DNA from: Spizellomyces punctatus DAOM BR117
Taxonomy: Eukaryota
Strand: one strand, 5' to 3'
Assembly (NCBI GenBank): GCA_000182565.2
Contig: KQ257452.1
DNA: 64,000 nucleotides
The number at the start of each line of letters is the position of its first letter. Position 1 is the stretch's first letter. Positions 10,805 to 25,416 of the stretch are shown here, piece after piece. The notes under the pieces are model-generated. The model saw only the letters and a program-made list of their open reading frames with translations. It was not told the DNA's origin and ran no database searches. Position numbers and translations under genes: made by a program.

Positions 10805-13800
10805 CTATTTTCGCTGCGAGCTTCTTCGTAGCTCGTCCAATTCAGCCACCAGATCAGTTACCTGCTGTTTGAAGAGCTCTTTCATATCAAGGATATCCGC
10901 TTGCAATTCTTCGACGCGTTCCGTCTTCTCGCCCAGCAACTCCAGCGCAGCTAGATATCTACATCAAGGGATGAGCAACAAAGGACAAGCTCACCATAAC
11001 CATCTGCTCCATTATGTACCTTGTATTAAGATCCTCCTTCTCTTTTGCAAGAGCACGAAGTTCCGCGCAAAGTTTGGTCCTGATATAGAATCTAAGCAAA
11101 CGATCGCATACATTTAGGATAGCCACTAACAGACATACATTTCTTCGTGCTCTGCCGTCAATCTGACCAGCTCCTCGGCTAGCTCATCTGAGGGGGCAAA
11201 TGTATGTAAGGTCAGGTTTTAAGGTCATTTACTTGAAGTCCTACTCACTTCGCCCCTCCTCCGCCAAATGCAATTGTAACTGTAAAGAACCGAGTTGCCC
11301 TTCATAATGTTTGACACTGGCATGGAGGCGATCTATAACCGCAGCTGTATTCATGGAGGCTCCGAGTGATGTGTCACTGGTGCGGAACTGTTTTGCGTAC
11401 ATGGCCAGAAGTGATCAGCTCCACGCTAGAGGAAGGACCTTCACAAACGAAACGTACCTCCCCTCCAATGAACGATGCAGAATTCTGCCTGGGGGTAGAT
11501 ATGCCCGTCTGGGATTGTGGTGGTGGTATCTCTACTCGTAAAGAAGGTCTCTCGTCCTTGATATTCTCCACCTGCTTTTGTTCTAATCGATAGCGCTCTT
11601 CCCATTTTAGTCGCTCCTCCTCCAACCGCTTTCGGAAATTCTCCTAAACGCGATCGTTACACAGTGTGATTTTATACAGACACGAGCGTGTACTGACCTC
11701 CAATTTGGTCGCATCCTGCAAAGATTGCGCATATTTTGCATCTAGCTGGGTACATTTCGTCTCCAGCGACGAAATCTGTGGCTGCAGCTCGCTGATACGC
11801 TTTTCCTTCGCCTAAGCAGAGGATTAGCAAGGGTGGTATTTAAGAGCATTACCTTACCGCGTTATTGATGGTCACGCACACCTACCTCAAGCTGCCTAGA
11901 CAGTCGTGCCGTTTCCTCTATTCCAGATCTCACTTGGCCCTCGAGTTCCTGTATTCTCAAGAGCTGAAACAAGCGCTGATGACTAACGAGTATGCAACAT
12001 CAATGATGAAGCTGTGAATTACCAGCTTGTCGATCCGACTTTGGAAATTGTTTTCCTTCGATGTAGCTGTGTCCCGTTGCTGCTCGGCTTCGTGAATTCG
12101 CATAGTAAGGCTATTCAGGTCCAGAATTTCAGCTGGAATTTCAGCTGTGCGCAAATGGCAGCATGGGTTCAAAACATGACTTACCTTCGCTCCAGTTGTT
12201 CCCATTTCCGAAGAGCAGAATTATGTTGTGATTGTAGTGCATCAATTTGTCGTAGTAGGGGTAGCGTGGCATCCTGGCCGGACGCATAGAACTCATTATT
12301 TCGAGCCTCTGCCGCTTGAAGTTTTTGCTGAAGGATGTCAATATCCCGTCGTAACATATCTGGAAGACGCTGTTAGCATGTCCGGCGTCTTCACTAGGGA
12401 AAGCTTCGAAGCATACCTTCTTTCCATCCCGCATCTTCCTCTCTCTGAGCTAATGTCATCCTTAGATCATGGACCTGTGGGGCGGAAAGCGGTGTCAGTA
12501 TGAGAAGACGACGACACTGTTTCCACTGGTCTCACATCTTTTGTCAGTGACTGCTGAAGCACTTCCGCATCCCGCTTGACAGTTTCAAGTTCGCTACGAA
12601 GATCATTGTTGAGACGGACCTAACAAGAATTTGCTTAGTTAGACTCTTTTTGACATCAAAGCAAGTTATAACCCACCTGTATATCCAGGGCCTGAGATTC
12701 AACAGCAGACGTTGCTTCCCGATGAGCCTTTTGGGCCTCGTCAAACTCTGACTTCACCCGGTCCAGAGCCGATTGCACCTCAGTCTGCTGTTCCCGAGCG
12801 GTCGCGAGCTCCGTTTGGAGGCGCGTGATTTCTTTTGTCTGTCGCTCGTTCACCTCCTTAAGGGAACGTATCATTTCTGTACAGGTTCCATGAGCTGATA
12901 TTAGCAGTTGAGTAACGAGCTGGTCATACCGGTCTGCTTCTTTTCATTATCGGCCTGTTCCGCCAATTTACTCTTCAAGCCGGTAACTTCCAGATTCGTC
13001 TGACCTAACTTGGTGGTGACATCTTTCATCTGCTTTTCAATGTCAATCTTTTCCGTGCGCAGTCGCTTGATTGTAGTGTTGGCCTTGAGCTCTGCTTTCG
13101 ATAATTTCTCACCTAGGAGGATCGTGATGAATCTCTCTGCCAGAGTTGCCCAGCCTCACACACCCTTACGGTTGCATACCTTCCGCCATCAGTTGAGTAA
13201 TCATTTCCTCCTTTTGTTGCAGCTTTAAGAGCGCTTCGTTCACCGATGTCTGAGACGTAGCGCTTTGCTGTCGCTCAAGAGAATTAAGCCTCTCTGTGAG
13301 ATCTCTGATTTTATCATCTGCCGCAGTTGCCTCCACATTGCGCTGAGCTTCGGACTGTTCCAGTTGGGTTTTCAAGCTTGTGAGTGTGTCAGTTAAAGTT
13401 GCGTTCTCCTGCATTGTTTTCATCAGTTGTTGCTCGCGCTGTTCGATAATCGCCCTCAGCCTCGCTAGCTCTTTACTATCATCGGCGGAAGATGGTAAAT
13501 CGGTTCGATTTGATTTGGGGGAAGCAGCGCCAGGTGCGTGGTCCTCTGTCTCATCAGACGGTGAAAGAGGTTCCGATAAAGTGCTCGTAAGGTCAATGGG
13601 AGGAATTACTGATGCAACATCCTCAATTACTGAAGCTGAACAAGTATTTCGGTAAGAGGAGTACAGCCGAAAATGGATCTGTCCTACGTACCAGGCCCTA
13701 TCGTCTCAGTTTGCAGATCGGTATCCTTATGTATTGCCGACTCTTGTATTCGAGGGACAATATTCTCGCTACTTGACGCTAGCTCCTCTGCTACCATGCC

Positions 13801-14503
13801 TTTCCCCTCAGCTGGGTCAGATAGTGGCCCATCCGTCTTATGGCTCGTTGCTACGGTTTCCTTTTCCATAATCAACTTCTGATCTTCCGGTGTTTCTAGT
13901 GCGTCATTCATTGTCGAATCGTTATCCACAACTCCCTCGGTACTTTTATCCGGGTCTTCCCCGAAAGCGATCGTGGTGGGTATCTCACTTTCCATTTGTT
14001 GTGCATTTTCGTCCACAGTAAGGGAAGGCGTCTCCGTGCCTTCTTTCTCCGCTTTGTTCAGGGCCTCTGCAATCTCAGAACTATCTAGTGGAGCCGAGCG
14101 CTGTGCATTGGGGGGTAGCTCTGATGTGGTCGAATGCACAGACGTCTGAGGGGAGGTCTCCGAAGGATGTCGCGAGGAGCGCGGCGTTGAGTCCGCGTTT
14201 ACTGCTTGTAACCCTGTCGTTAAGGAAGCGGAAAGATCTCTGAGAGCTCGGAACCCTGTAGAAGATCTAGGAGAGACTCTTGAGGCATCTGCCAAGACAG
14301 ATGGGCGTCATCTATAAGTTCATTCAGAGAACCAAAACGCTCGGGCACGAACCTGCTTCATGCTGTTGTCGAGTGTTGGCATTCTGGTTGGGACCCTGTG
14401 GAATGTCGAGGACTTGATCAATCTTACTCTCAACATGTGATACTGCCTGCTTGAAAAGAGCAGCTGCGTTCTCCGCAGACGTCAAACTGGAAAGCCAGCT
14501 CAT
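10805..14503 (-). CDS. SGM1: TATA element modulatory factor 1 / Sgm1-like golgin (coiled coil)
   Basis: N-terminus MSWLSS...FKQAVSHVESKIDQVLDI, central LMAEGEKLSKAELKANTTIKRLR, C-terminal ALELLGEKTERVEELQADILDMKELFKQQ. Multi-exon. Confidence 0.85.
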
Positions 14504-14823
14504 GGTCCGGCGAATGCGGCCTCGTTTTGCTGTTAGCAAGCGCCAGCGAGTCGCAAACGCGGTGGTGGCACAGCAACCCGATCAAATCACGTGGATGGTG
14601 GGACCTCCTGTGCCCAGCAAGACCGGTTGTTTTGAGCATCCTGCTTCGCTCGGTGCATTACTTTTTACACATCGACATGAGTCAGGTAGTAGCGTCCTCC
14701 CGTGTTGAGTGCGATGAGATGAAAAGAGCCTAAAATGATAACTGTAACCAGGATTTCGACTGGTATATAAGCCCGGCGGATCGGTTCGCGGCAGGTTCGT
14801 TATTCACAGCACGGTCCACCAGC

Positions 14824-15680
14824 ATGACGTATAATTTATTTATGTTCATTTCTCGCCCACAGAGACACAATTTGCGAAGTATAGTGGAGATGAGGACGAA
14901 GTGGCTCGTATGTTAGCCTTGTTCTCTCACGAACGCACACATAATCTTACCCAATGGCACAGTTAACCAGCTGGAGCCGCTGTTTCAGCTCTCAAGACTT
15001 AGTGTAGAAGAGTTCTCGCAAATATGGTAAGCTGATAATCTTTTCGATAGGCGTGTAATTACTGACATAGGCTCCGATTTTACAGGCAATTAATAGATAT
15101 CAGAATGGCTCAGAAAATAAATAAAGAACAGTTCGTATATTTCGCTCATGTTTTGAACACACGACGCAAGGGCAAGCCTCTACCAATCGGCATTCCGCTG
15201 GACATGAAGGAAGCCTTCCTGAAAGAGGTAACTCCATTGTGGTGTGTGCTTATCCAACATAGCTGACACTTTTCGCAGCCCAAGGAATCAAGCCGCCCGT
15301 ACGTCCGAAACACTACGGACAACATTAGAGATCTGGGAGTTAATAGAAATAAGAGCGCAAAAGAGCTCGAAGAGGAGCTTGAGCAAGTGGAGGCTGATAT
15401 CCGATCTGCGCGGGGAGAAAGTTCTCTAGCGGCGGAACGGCTAGAAGAATTGAAGCAAGCAAAGGATGAGAGCGTCCATCTTGCAGACTACAAACGACGT
15501 CAGTTGGCAGGGTTGCGGGAAGAAGTGTCGCAATTGCGAAGCTCATTGCAAGCTCCGGGGTCGGCTAGCAGCGGCGGGGGTGGACAGAGGATGGAAGAAC
15601 TTCTAAGCAAGTTAGCTGCAGAAAAGCAGCTATTGGAAAACAGAAGAGCGGAAGTGCAACGTTCTCTAAACACATTGTAA
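14824..15680 (+). CDS. EH-domain plus coiled-coil protein (End3-like endocytic protein)
   Basis: Exons read LEPLFQLSRLSVEEFSQIW / QLIDIRMAQKINKEQFVYFAHVLNTRRKGKPLPIGIP (EH fold), followed by a coiled-coil exon ending at 15680. The start codon is tentative. Confidence 0.65.
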
Positions 15681-15797
15681 TTACAATTTCGAAATGGTTG
15701 TGGTGTGTAGGTAATGACCGGTGATTGGACTACGACAAAATATGAAGGATCAAACGATCGAAGTCATGCTCCGAGTGCGTGCTCATCAGAATCCAAA

Positions 15798-17510
15798 CTA
15801 TATCCTCATTCTATCTCGTTTGCTCAGAAGGTGACACAATTCAATAAGGATCTCAGCCGTTTCTTCAGGACTAGTGATCCAAACTGTACAGCATGCAGTA
15901 CGCGTGGAAATATCATTTCCTGTAGAAAGAAACTGATCTCCAACTAGAAAGGGATCAGCAAATGATGACGTTAGCACCAAGACAAGTCTGCAATACTAAT
16001 CCCGGCTGAAGTACCATGAAGGGTTTCGCTTCCTGTTGTGTTTAAAATCTCCTGCAGCATTTGCACACCAATAAGTTTGTTTCCAATATCGACCCAGACA
16101 TCGCTACCGCCATTAAAAGCACAGAACGGTAGGGGACGCTGGCCCTCGCGAATGAGTATTGTATGTTGGTAATTGTTAAGGCGCCTCTGGGTAGAGAGGG
16201 CAAACTCGTCCTTCACGAATGAAAGATTGAGGTTAAATGGTGGCAATCTTCAAATGAGAAGCTACAAACCTACCAGCTGCTCACGCGTCAACGTGATCTG
16301 CTTATCTGAAACCACTCCAATGGCACGATCTTTTCTCAAAATCGAGACTTTTCCGTTCAAGCCCATCTCATTGACCCGCTCCTCTACTGTTTGTTGTGCA
16401 ACATCCAACAGATCGCTAATGCGAGCTGCGTTACCAGCCCATTCTCTTACAGATGGGGGCTGATAGGTCTCCGGCGCAATATATACAAGGTGGTGGGAGT
16501 CGGTGTCATAGCGAAATAAATAGTTGCACTCCCCACCTGGACGTGAAATGTTAATGCCGGTCGAGAGAGAAAGTAGCTGGCTTCTGAGGATTTACCTAGC
16601 ACATAAAATCTCCCCAACGCCTCGGATGACAGGCCAGACATTTTAAACCCGTCCAATAAGCCGGAAAGTCGCTTCTGATACCTCGCGGCATTTCCGGGAT
16701 ATCCTGCTGCGGTCACGATTGCCACATACAGATCATTACGTAGTAGCTCAATGATTAGCTGAACAAGCTGTGAGTCTTTGGCAAAATCCTCTCCGTCCGC
16801 GTATAAAGTCATATCACCGTCACTATTGGAATTGAAATCATCAGCTTGATCAAACAACGCTCGGACAATAAAACAGGCGGGAGTATGCTTACAATGTTAT
16901 CAACTTCACGGTAGAAGCAATCGCTGTGACCTATTTACACCATTGGCACATTATTAATTCACATAATCTGGGGCACAACTATGGCTTCCTAACCTGAGCA
17001 TCATTCAAGATAGCGCGGACATCATTGAAGCTAGGGGGGACGAACCGTCTGGCGGCCATCGATCGCTTGGCATCTTGCTTTATAAAACTTTCCTTCAAAG
17101 GTAGCGGGGTAAAGAATCGTCCAATGGAGGGGACCAGTGTCGACAGGCGAGAAAGTTCTGCAAGTTCTAACCAGGGAAACTGTTTGGCGGACGTTGACAA
17201 GGCCGAGCAGTCAAGTGCTCAAGGACAACCTACTGTTGTCTTGATGTCGAATATGATCCAAAATTAATTCTTCCACACAAAATAGAATCTCAGAATATCT
17301 TTCAACGTTCTTGTCGCCTTCTGGTCCTCCGTCACAATCATCTTTCCGTGCCGAATTGGTGAAATTGCTATCTTCCGGAAGAGCGCCGGTTGCTGACTGG
17401 GGTCGCGTGTGCAAGACAAAGGGCGTCAGCAGTAGGGATTTGATAAATTCAATGAATGCGTCTCGTTTATGCGCCCTAGTATGGTAGTTGATACTGTAGA
17501 GGGAAGTCAT
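15798..17510 (-). CDS. ISN1: IMP-specific 5'-nucleotidase
   Basis: MTSLYSINYHTRAHKRDAFIEFIKSLL, DGDMTLYADG, IVTAAGYPG, FNGGSDVWVDIGNK and VGDQFLSTGND. Confidence 0.95.
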
Positions 17511-17687
17511 TGCACACTATTTGGAAGGAAGGTAAGGCTGATAAGCCCGATCATGGTCCCTCGAAGCTTCATGCATGATGAGGTGACTGTGCCACAGCAA
17601 TACTGGACGCTTACGATCGGACATTTGACAATTCCTAGAGCACTAATTAGATCTGCACGATTTCTGGGTATCGCACAGAGCCACGAA

Positions 17688-19589
17688 ATGGACCAAGAAA
17701 CCGAAAGGATACCGAAGCGTCGAAAATTGGGTAAGTCAGTAAGTGCTGAAGCTTTTTGAACCTGTGAGTTTAACTCATTTGACGCTTCGAGCAGACCGCG
17801 ACGAGCCTCAACCCAACAGTGAGCCGAGCACACTGGATGACTGGGCGGTGTCGTCTAATGATGCCCTCTGCCTGCGACTAGGTACTGCAGTGTCTTTCAC
17901 ATTGATATTCAGTATTTCAAGCTGAGCCAGTTTGCCTTAGTTCGACCTGAAGATATGGACAGTGAAATCGACATCTTCCACCCGCTATTCACATATCCTG
18001 TATTTGGGATGGAGGAGACAATAAATGGTTATCAAAATTTGAAGATCAAAGTAAGTATCTTCCTATATTGTATGACCGTAATGAGCGCATGTAGTTGCTT
18101 ACCAATTGGACAAGTAGTTGTACTATGCAGCCGGATCTCTTGCGACATATGTCGGGATTTCGTACGACAACCGTCGCGAGTCCAATGGCTCGCAACAGCC
18201 CGATGATATAATGGCGCTACTGTCGGAAAAACTGCCACCAGGTAGGCATTCGTCTTCTCTCCCTCGGGTTTGCCTTCTTTTGCTAACGACAAACGTGGAG
18301 GCTTCGCTGTGGATTATGATGAGTTCATGCAGACAGTACAGGAGGACGAAAAAACATTCGTTCCGTTCGGTACGAAAATCCATGAGTTTGACTCGGACGG
18401 AGATGTATCGTATGAAGTCTACAAGGTCGGTCGAGTTCAATGCCGTCAACTATGATTCTGGGGGTGGTTCTAATATGTCTGTCAATTGCGTAGTGCAATT
18501 TCAAAACCCCTGGCTTCAAGGAGTATCATCGAAGACTGCAAGTGTTTCTGCTCTGGTTTATTGAAGGTGCATCATTTCTCGAGGAGAACGATGAGCGATG
18601 GGAGATGGTCCTACTGTAAGGATTTCGGCTATAGTGGCTGAAGATATGTCAGTCTGACGGGCACCGTACGGACAGGTTCGAACGGCAGAAGAAGGATGAA
18701 AAGAACATTTACTCCATCGTCGGATACGCTACATACTATCCCTTTTTCCATTATCCTGACCGGAAAAGAATGAGAATAAGGTGGGAGGAACCCCCAACAG
18801 CCCAATGGGAGCTCCGAATAGCTACTCATGGATTTTTCTTCCCTGCGATTAGTCAATTTATCATATTACCACCATATCAAGCACGAGGGCTCGGAGGTCA
18901 GTGCAGTCACAGTCAGCATCGGCTGGTCATCGACAACTTTTAACATATTTTGACCGCTTCTTGAAACAGAAAGGCTATATAAGGTCTTATATAACGACTT
19001 CTTTCAGCGCAGTGACGTTGCGGAAATGACCGGTGAGCACAGTAAACATCCTGTAAGATCTTTCGTGATGCTGATCGTATTATATGGTCCAAACCAGTGG
19101 AGGATCCCAATGAGGCGTTCCAAGATCTCCGAGACAAATGTGATCTTAGCTGGCTAATTGAGCAGGATGCGTTTGCGGGCTTACAACCTCCAGTGCCTGG
19201 GCCAACGGTGAAGGAGTTGGCGACGCGCTTTAAGCTAAGCAAGGTAGCTCTGTTTTTCAACTATTCCCGTTAACCACGACACTGACTGAACTGGTCGTTC
19301 GGTTTGCCAGCGGCAGCTTGAGCGATGTATGGAAATGGCATTGCTACGGAATCTCAAACTAAAAGATAAGAAAGCGTACCAGGCTTATCGAATGCAAGTG
19401 AAGCGGCGAATATTTCGGCAAAACGAGGTGAGATATCTTCGCGTATACGTATTTTTGGTCCTCGAGTTAATACATGCACGGTAGGAGGCTTTGATGGGAC
19501 TCGAAAAAGAGCTGCGGTTAGAGAAATTGGACGAAACATACGTCGCTGTGGAGGAAGATCACCGTAGAATACTCGAGAGGCTTAAGTGA
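17688..19589 (+). CDS. HAT1: Histone acetyltransferase type B catalytic subunit
   Basis: FHPLFTYPVFGMEETINGYQNLKI, YHRRLQVFLLWFIEGASF, RISQFIILPPYQARGLG and VEDPNEAFQDLRD. Confidence 0.93.
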
Positions 19590-19805
19590 TACATATAAAA
19601 GGATGCGTGGTCGTGGGTTCCTTTCCTCGGATGGACATGCCAAGCCTTTGGCAAAAGAATTGATGCTTGATTTGAATGCATATCCATGCAGCCCTTAACA
19701 GCTCCATATATGATTTCAGAGACATGTGCCGAATGAAGGGTATCCCAATATTAATAAATTACCGCCCGACGAGGACCTTTGTCGGAGCCCCATCACATCT
19801 AAACT

Positions 19806-20766
19806 TTACATTGTTCTTTCCCGGCGGAGAACCTCTGCCGTGTGTATTCGGACGGCCTTTCGTTGATCCCATTGTGCCATAGCCGTAACACTCTCGTGAC
19901 CTGTTTTATACACTGCGGGTCGTGTGAGGCCGCGAGAAAAGTCATTATCGCCTACGATCTACTTACATTCTTTCTCCGTTTCATCTAATGAATATATGAA
20001 CTCAGATCGGTCCGTTCGTAATCGTGATGTCTGGGTATAATCCATAATAAGAGGTAATCGTGCTATAAAAGCCTAAACATAGAGGCGAAATGCCAGATAT
20101 TAACATCAGCAGATGGGTAATTTTCTTAATTCACCAAAGCTCACGTCCGCGAGGATATCGGGTAGCATCGCGTCCACCACCCTAACAATATCCCGTCATA
20201 GACGTTAGTCATGGAACGATATGCCACAATGTAAGCACAGAGCATGCTACATACAAGTTGATGATCTTAACACCAAAGCGATAGTAGTAGGAGCAGAGGC
20301 TACCAAGATTCACAGAGGTAGGAGAGGCATTCAAGTCATTCCGCACGCGATGTCCAAAGCACTTTGGAAGCTCCAAATCAATATAGTCACTAATACAACG
20401 TTAGCCCTGCATTTTCAGTAAGACCAGTGGGCAATACAACGCAAAATCGGAGGTCATGCATACTTTAGGGCTAAGTGCTCAGCAAGCCAGTAAGGAAGTT
20501 CGATACGTGTATTAGCAGCAAGCTAGCAAACAAGAGTATGATAAGTATATGGGTTTAACACCAGATACACAGCTCTTCCTCACGTCAACATCCAAGTTTC
20601 CTTCCAGGAAGCCATAGCCAGGAACGTCCATACGAAAAAAACTAGGGAGTTTCTGCAGTTGGTCTGCTTAGCCAAACAAGACAAAGCTGAAGGCACCTAA
20701 ACCAAAGTGTGATATAACCTGTTGTTCCGCAAGAATTGCATCTAGGTCCCAGTACTCGTCGCCCAT
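19806..20766 (-). CDS. PSF3: GINS complex subunit Psf3
   Basis: Start MGDEYWDLDAILAEQQ; later exons ELPYWLAEHL, PRRFSSRVRNALDADATSV-like and EFIYSLDETEKE. No long ORF because the exons are short. Confidence 0.85.
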
Positions 20767-20920
20767 TTCGGTGATCTAATGCCGGAGCCCACAGAACGAC
20801 GCATCGTGTCCGAACGTTCCCGTCGTCAGATGAGTCATTCTCGCGATCATGGCAACCAAGTTTGTCGTTGAGGGTCTGACGAGCTTTCGCACGGCCATTG
20901 AATTGGGTCTATCAAATACG

Positions 20921-23738
20921 ATGTCCTCCTCCACAAGTCAAGCCGTTGTCACTCGCGGCGGGTCGGTGAATTCGGCAGAGAAGGTTGGAACTCCGTCATG
21001 GAAGACTATTCTTGCGCTCGCAGTTGCGGGAGTCGCGATTGGTGCGGGGGCCTGGTATGTCCTGAACGCATCCGGCACCCCAAAGAAGCCCAAGCGTCCT
21101 TCCACTGGTGGAAAGAAGAGGACCAAAACTAAGAAGGAGGCGCAAGTTGAGGAGGGAAACGAAGCAAAGCGGTCGAGTAAGTGGAAAGCACTGAGGATCT
21201 GTCACTGCCAGAAATTGACACTGGTGCACATTTAGGCGAGAAGACTCTTCCAGCAGAAAGTAAGACGTCCGTTCTCCCCGAATCTGAACCGACGAGTTAT
21301 CCCGAAAACCTCTTTCCCGCAGACGTAGAGTCGCTATCGCAGGGGGTACGGTGTAACAGCATATGAGCAATGTTTGAAAAACGGAGACGGGTAATGCTCA
21401 TACGTTGCTCACATAGGCACGAGCAGAGCTAGCCAAATCGGCAAAGACCCTTGGCAACAAGTACTATGGAGAAAAGAAGTACAAGGAGGCTATTGACCTA
21501 TATACGCAGGCAATCATTCTTCAACCCGACGCAGTGTTTTACAGCAACCGAGCAGCTTGCTACGCAAACTTGGTAATCACCATCTCCCGTGTCGCGCGTG
21601 GAATGCATACTCATGGCGCCTGATTTAGAATGACTACGATAAAGTTGTTGAGGATTGTACAGAAGGTAGGATGGCCCGGTGGCGCTCTCTCGAAGTGTGA
21701 CGAGACAGCTTACACATCTCATCATCAGCGTTGAAATTGGATCCCAACTATATCAAGGCACTCAACCGAAGAGCTCAAGCGTACGAGAACGAAGATCGAT
21801 GGGTGGATGCTCTAAATGGTACGATGAAACGTCCACTTTCACTGGGTGGCGGCAGATACTGACTCATGGAGTGTAAACCAGACTACACTGTTATGTGCGT
21901 TCTTGAGGAATTCAAAAATGACGCAGTTCTTAGCTCTACCGATCGCGTTCTGAAGACATTGGCGCAAAACAAAGCCAAAGAAGCCATAAAGGTAAGCTTC
22001 ATGTTGAACCGTTTGAGGTGCGAACGAGTGGTCATATTCTTTGTCCATAGAGCAAATCCCCCAGGCTCCCGTCGGATACCTTCATCGCTGGTAGGCTTGT
22101 CTTGTTCACTGCAAGCTATAACTATCTGACACTCATCGTTTCTTGTTCAGCATACATGGACTCTTTCAGGCTGAGTACGGAAAAGTCCAGAGTTGGTAAT
22201 GTTTTTTAATTTAGGAAAACTTATCCTTTTTATCTTGCAGCCAGTAAAGGAACCGGAGCTGTCGTTTCCCAAGCGGTTATCGAAGAGGGTGATGCGCACT
22301 TGCAGCGGGCATTCCAAGCTATAGGCGACCGAAAATGGGACGTGGCTTATGAGGCCAGTACCGCTAGTGTCGAATCCGGAAAATTGAGCTCCTTCTTTGA
22401 ACCGCTTGCGTACAACTTACGGGCCACCTTCGCTTTCCTTCGGGGAGACGGTAATACATACCATCTTCAGTAACCTGGAAGGGAAATTTAACAGTCTAAT
22501 TTGTATGATATTCTTCAGTTGAATCTGCCCTGGCGGATCTGGAGAAATCACTGGAACTAGATCCGAAGAACGTGAATACTATCATCAAGCGTGCGTCGCT
22601 TTTCATGGAACGCGCCGAAGTAGAGCAAGCCATCAAAGAATACAATCGAGCTATCGAGATTGACCCCAAAGATCCAGATGTGTACTATCACAGGTGAGAG
22701 GATACTTCGTGTTGTGTTACTCTGTGCTTGCGACTCACCTACCCACGTTTACCAGGGGTGAGTGACTGGTGTCGTGGCTGGTTCCCGTCACATTAGGCTA
22801 AGTTGCAGTACAGGTCAGATCCGTGTGTTGACACAAGATAACTACGGAGCAATTGAGGATTATAAGAAGAGCATTTCGCTCGATGACACCTTCGTATATG
22901 CCCATATTCAGCTTGGAGTAGCGCAATATAAGCTGGGAGACATTTCTACCGCGGTTACCACTTTTGAAAAGGCCGCACGAAAGTTCAAATCTAGTGGGGA
23001 GGTGTTTAACTATCATGGAGAGATCCTTTTGGATACGCAAAGATTTGACGAAGGTAACAACCTTGCTCTTGCGTACTGAGCTGTGTTGAGAGAACTAATT
23101 CGGTAACTCTAAAAGCCCTGGCAAACTTCGATAAAGCCATTGAAATGATGCCCAATTCTCCCTTGCCGTACATAAACAAAGGTACGACTTTGAGGAACGA
23201 AGGACATCCGCTGACATGCGCTAATTGCTCGGCGGTTTGCTGCAGCTATACTATACCTTCAATGGAAACAGGATGCAAGCACTGCAGAGGCAGAATGCCG
23301 AAAGGTAGGGGAGCATCAACCCACATTATTGCCAAATTCCGTCACGTGCTAAGGCTTGGCCACTCTCGGTTTTGTTGTAATCAGGCGATTGGAGTGGATC
23401 CACTCTGTGATATGGCGTACGCACAATTGGCACAACTCCTTCTCCACCAGGGCAAATTCGAAGAATCGCTCGATGCATATGACAAAGCGGTGAGTGGAAA
23501 ACATATATTTGGGGTCTATTATGATAATCTAAAACGGGCTTCATCTTAGGCTGATCTCGCGAGGACGGAACCGGAGCTTGCGAACGCTATTGCATTGCGT
23601 GAGGTATGCTCTGCAAATGGGTATCGCCAATATCCCCTTACTGACTGCTTTCTTTTCGCCATATAGGCTGCGGCGGCGCAATTGTACGTAGCAAGGAATT
23701 ACCCCGCTGTGATGGCAAGACTAAGAGGGGGCATGTAG
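20921..23738 (+). CDS. TOM70: Mitochondrial import receptor Tom70 (TPR)
   Basis: N-terminal anchor [19 protein letters not shown] followed by a basic stretch. TPRs [36 protein letters not shown] and [14 protein letters not shown]. Confidence 0.93.
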
Positions 23739-23857
23739 ATTAGAGACTAGCAGATTGGATAGCAGTGTGGTAATTGGTTGCATTAGTCCTTAGAGTAGGA
23801 TGGGGTAAGTTGCATGTATTTCCGCATATCACGTTATTGTAAGTTACAATGCCGGCC

Positions 23858-25416
23858 CTATGGTGCGCGGCTCCGACCAGCAATGAATTTTGCCAGCTTG
23901 TTCTTCGCATATACAAATGCCCGACCGAGCCCAGCCGTAAACACTCCTTTGATCGACTGGGTGATTGCCGGACGTCTTACAATGTCTGCCAAACCTACAA
24001 GATACCACACCTTTGTGAGAAACAAGCTGTTGCTATATTGTACGGAATAAACAACATACTTTTTTCTATATATCGGGGCAATTCGGGCGATGAGACTACA
24101 GAGGCAGACAGCTCTGGCTCTTGTATGTCTAGCTGCCTTATTTTCTCCGTACGGGAAATGTACCACCGGTGATAATTCTGCACCAATGCATTCATGTGCT
24201 TGGGTAGTTTCTGAACCAGCGACGCCCGTAGTCTCACGTTGTAGTCTTGCTATATCGTATCGAGAGTCGTTCGTCAGCTCCAAACCTCGATCTAGACCTT
24301 AACTAGCATAAACACCTACCTCTATGGTTCCATCAGGTAGGTAGTTCGCATTTGGCAGATCCTCTACAATGGGCTTGTATATCTCTCGAAAAGCGTCCAT
24401 CTGAGTGTATACTATGTTGTAAATTTTATGAGGGTTCTCCCCAAAGCGCATACGGAAATCCCCTGCAGCAGCCGTATTCAATGTGTGAAGAAGACGGGAC
24501 TGTAAATATCACCGATTACCTTTATATGACAGTCCTGCAATCGTGGTAAATAGTTCTTCTTCAGTAAAGTGCTGGGGGAGAAGCAGCAAAGCTGTGCGCA
24601 CGGCCGTTCGAAGGTTTTTACGATTTGCGAGGCTGACTCGGGCATCATCTCGCAATACTTTGACCTTTTGCAGGCTCGCTCTTCAGTAAGAGTATCGGTG
24701 GCAAGCGTTCTAGATACAGACAATATACGTACGGGTTTCTGCAGACGTCCAGCCAGATACAAGGTTTCCCATTCCATTAAATCTCGGATGAGGCGATCCA
24801 TTGATACTACACCATACTTGATCCTCTGCAATAATCAGAGCGCCAGATAAGTAACCTGAGAAACCACAAAAGGACCCGCATTACCCACCATCCCTCCCAC
24901 ATGTACGTCTGGATTAAAATACACGCCGGCTCCTACTCGCTCCTGCACCTTCGATACAACATTGCTCCCCAGGTATGCTAACGCAGAATAATGGTGACGA
25001 TTTTGTCGAATATTTAGCGAATGCCAGTGCTCCGGATGAGTGACACCGAATATAAAATCAACCATTGGTGCATCCTGCTCATCGTGAGTGGACGTCTTCA
25101 AAAGCTACGAGGCTGCAGCTCCTACCTTCGCGCCCACACTGGTCTGCTTGTATCCTTTCTGCCGAAAGACGCCTGAGCCATAAGCAACCGCGTATCTCAC
25201 TGGTGCATTAAAGTCTGCTAGAACTGCGTGTAGTTTTTCATCAAGTTCAGGATGGGAGGCCGTGCTGGTTTCTCGGAGTACATGACTTGCGTGATATCGC
25301 CTCGATGCAATTATAAGACATGAGCAACGTCCGCGTGCAGTAGTGCCGTGTGACAATCCCTGCAAAAGGTCCCGTTTCACTCCAGCAACAGTCGACTTTC
25401 TACAGAAGACGTTCAT
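23858..25416 (-). CDS. TAM41: Mitochondrial phosphatidate cytidylyltransferase Tam41/Mmp37
   Basis: VRYAVAYGSGVFRQ, MVDFIFGVTHPEHWHSLN, IKYGVVS...WETLYLAGRLQKPV, GDFRMRFGENPHKIYNIV and QSIKGVFTAG. Confidence 0.95.
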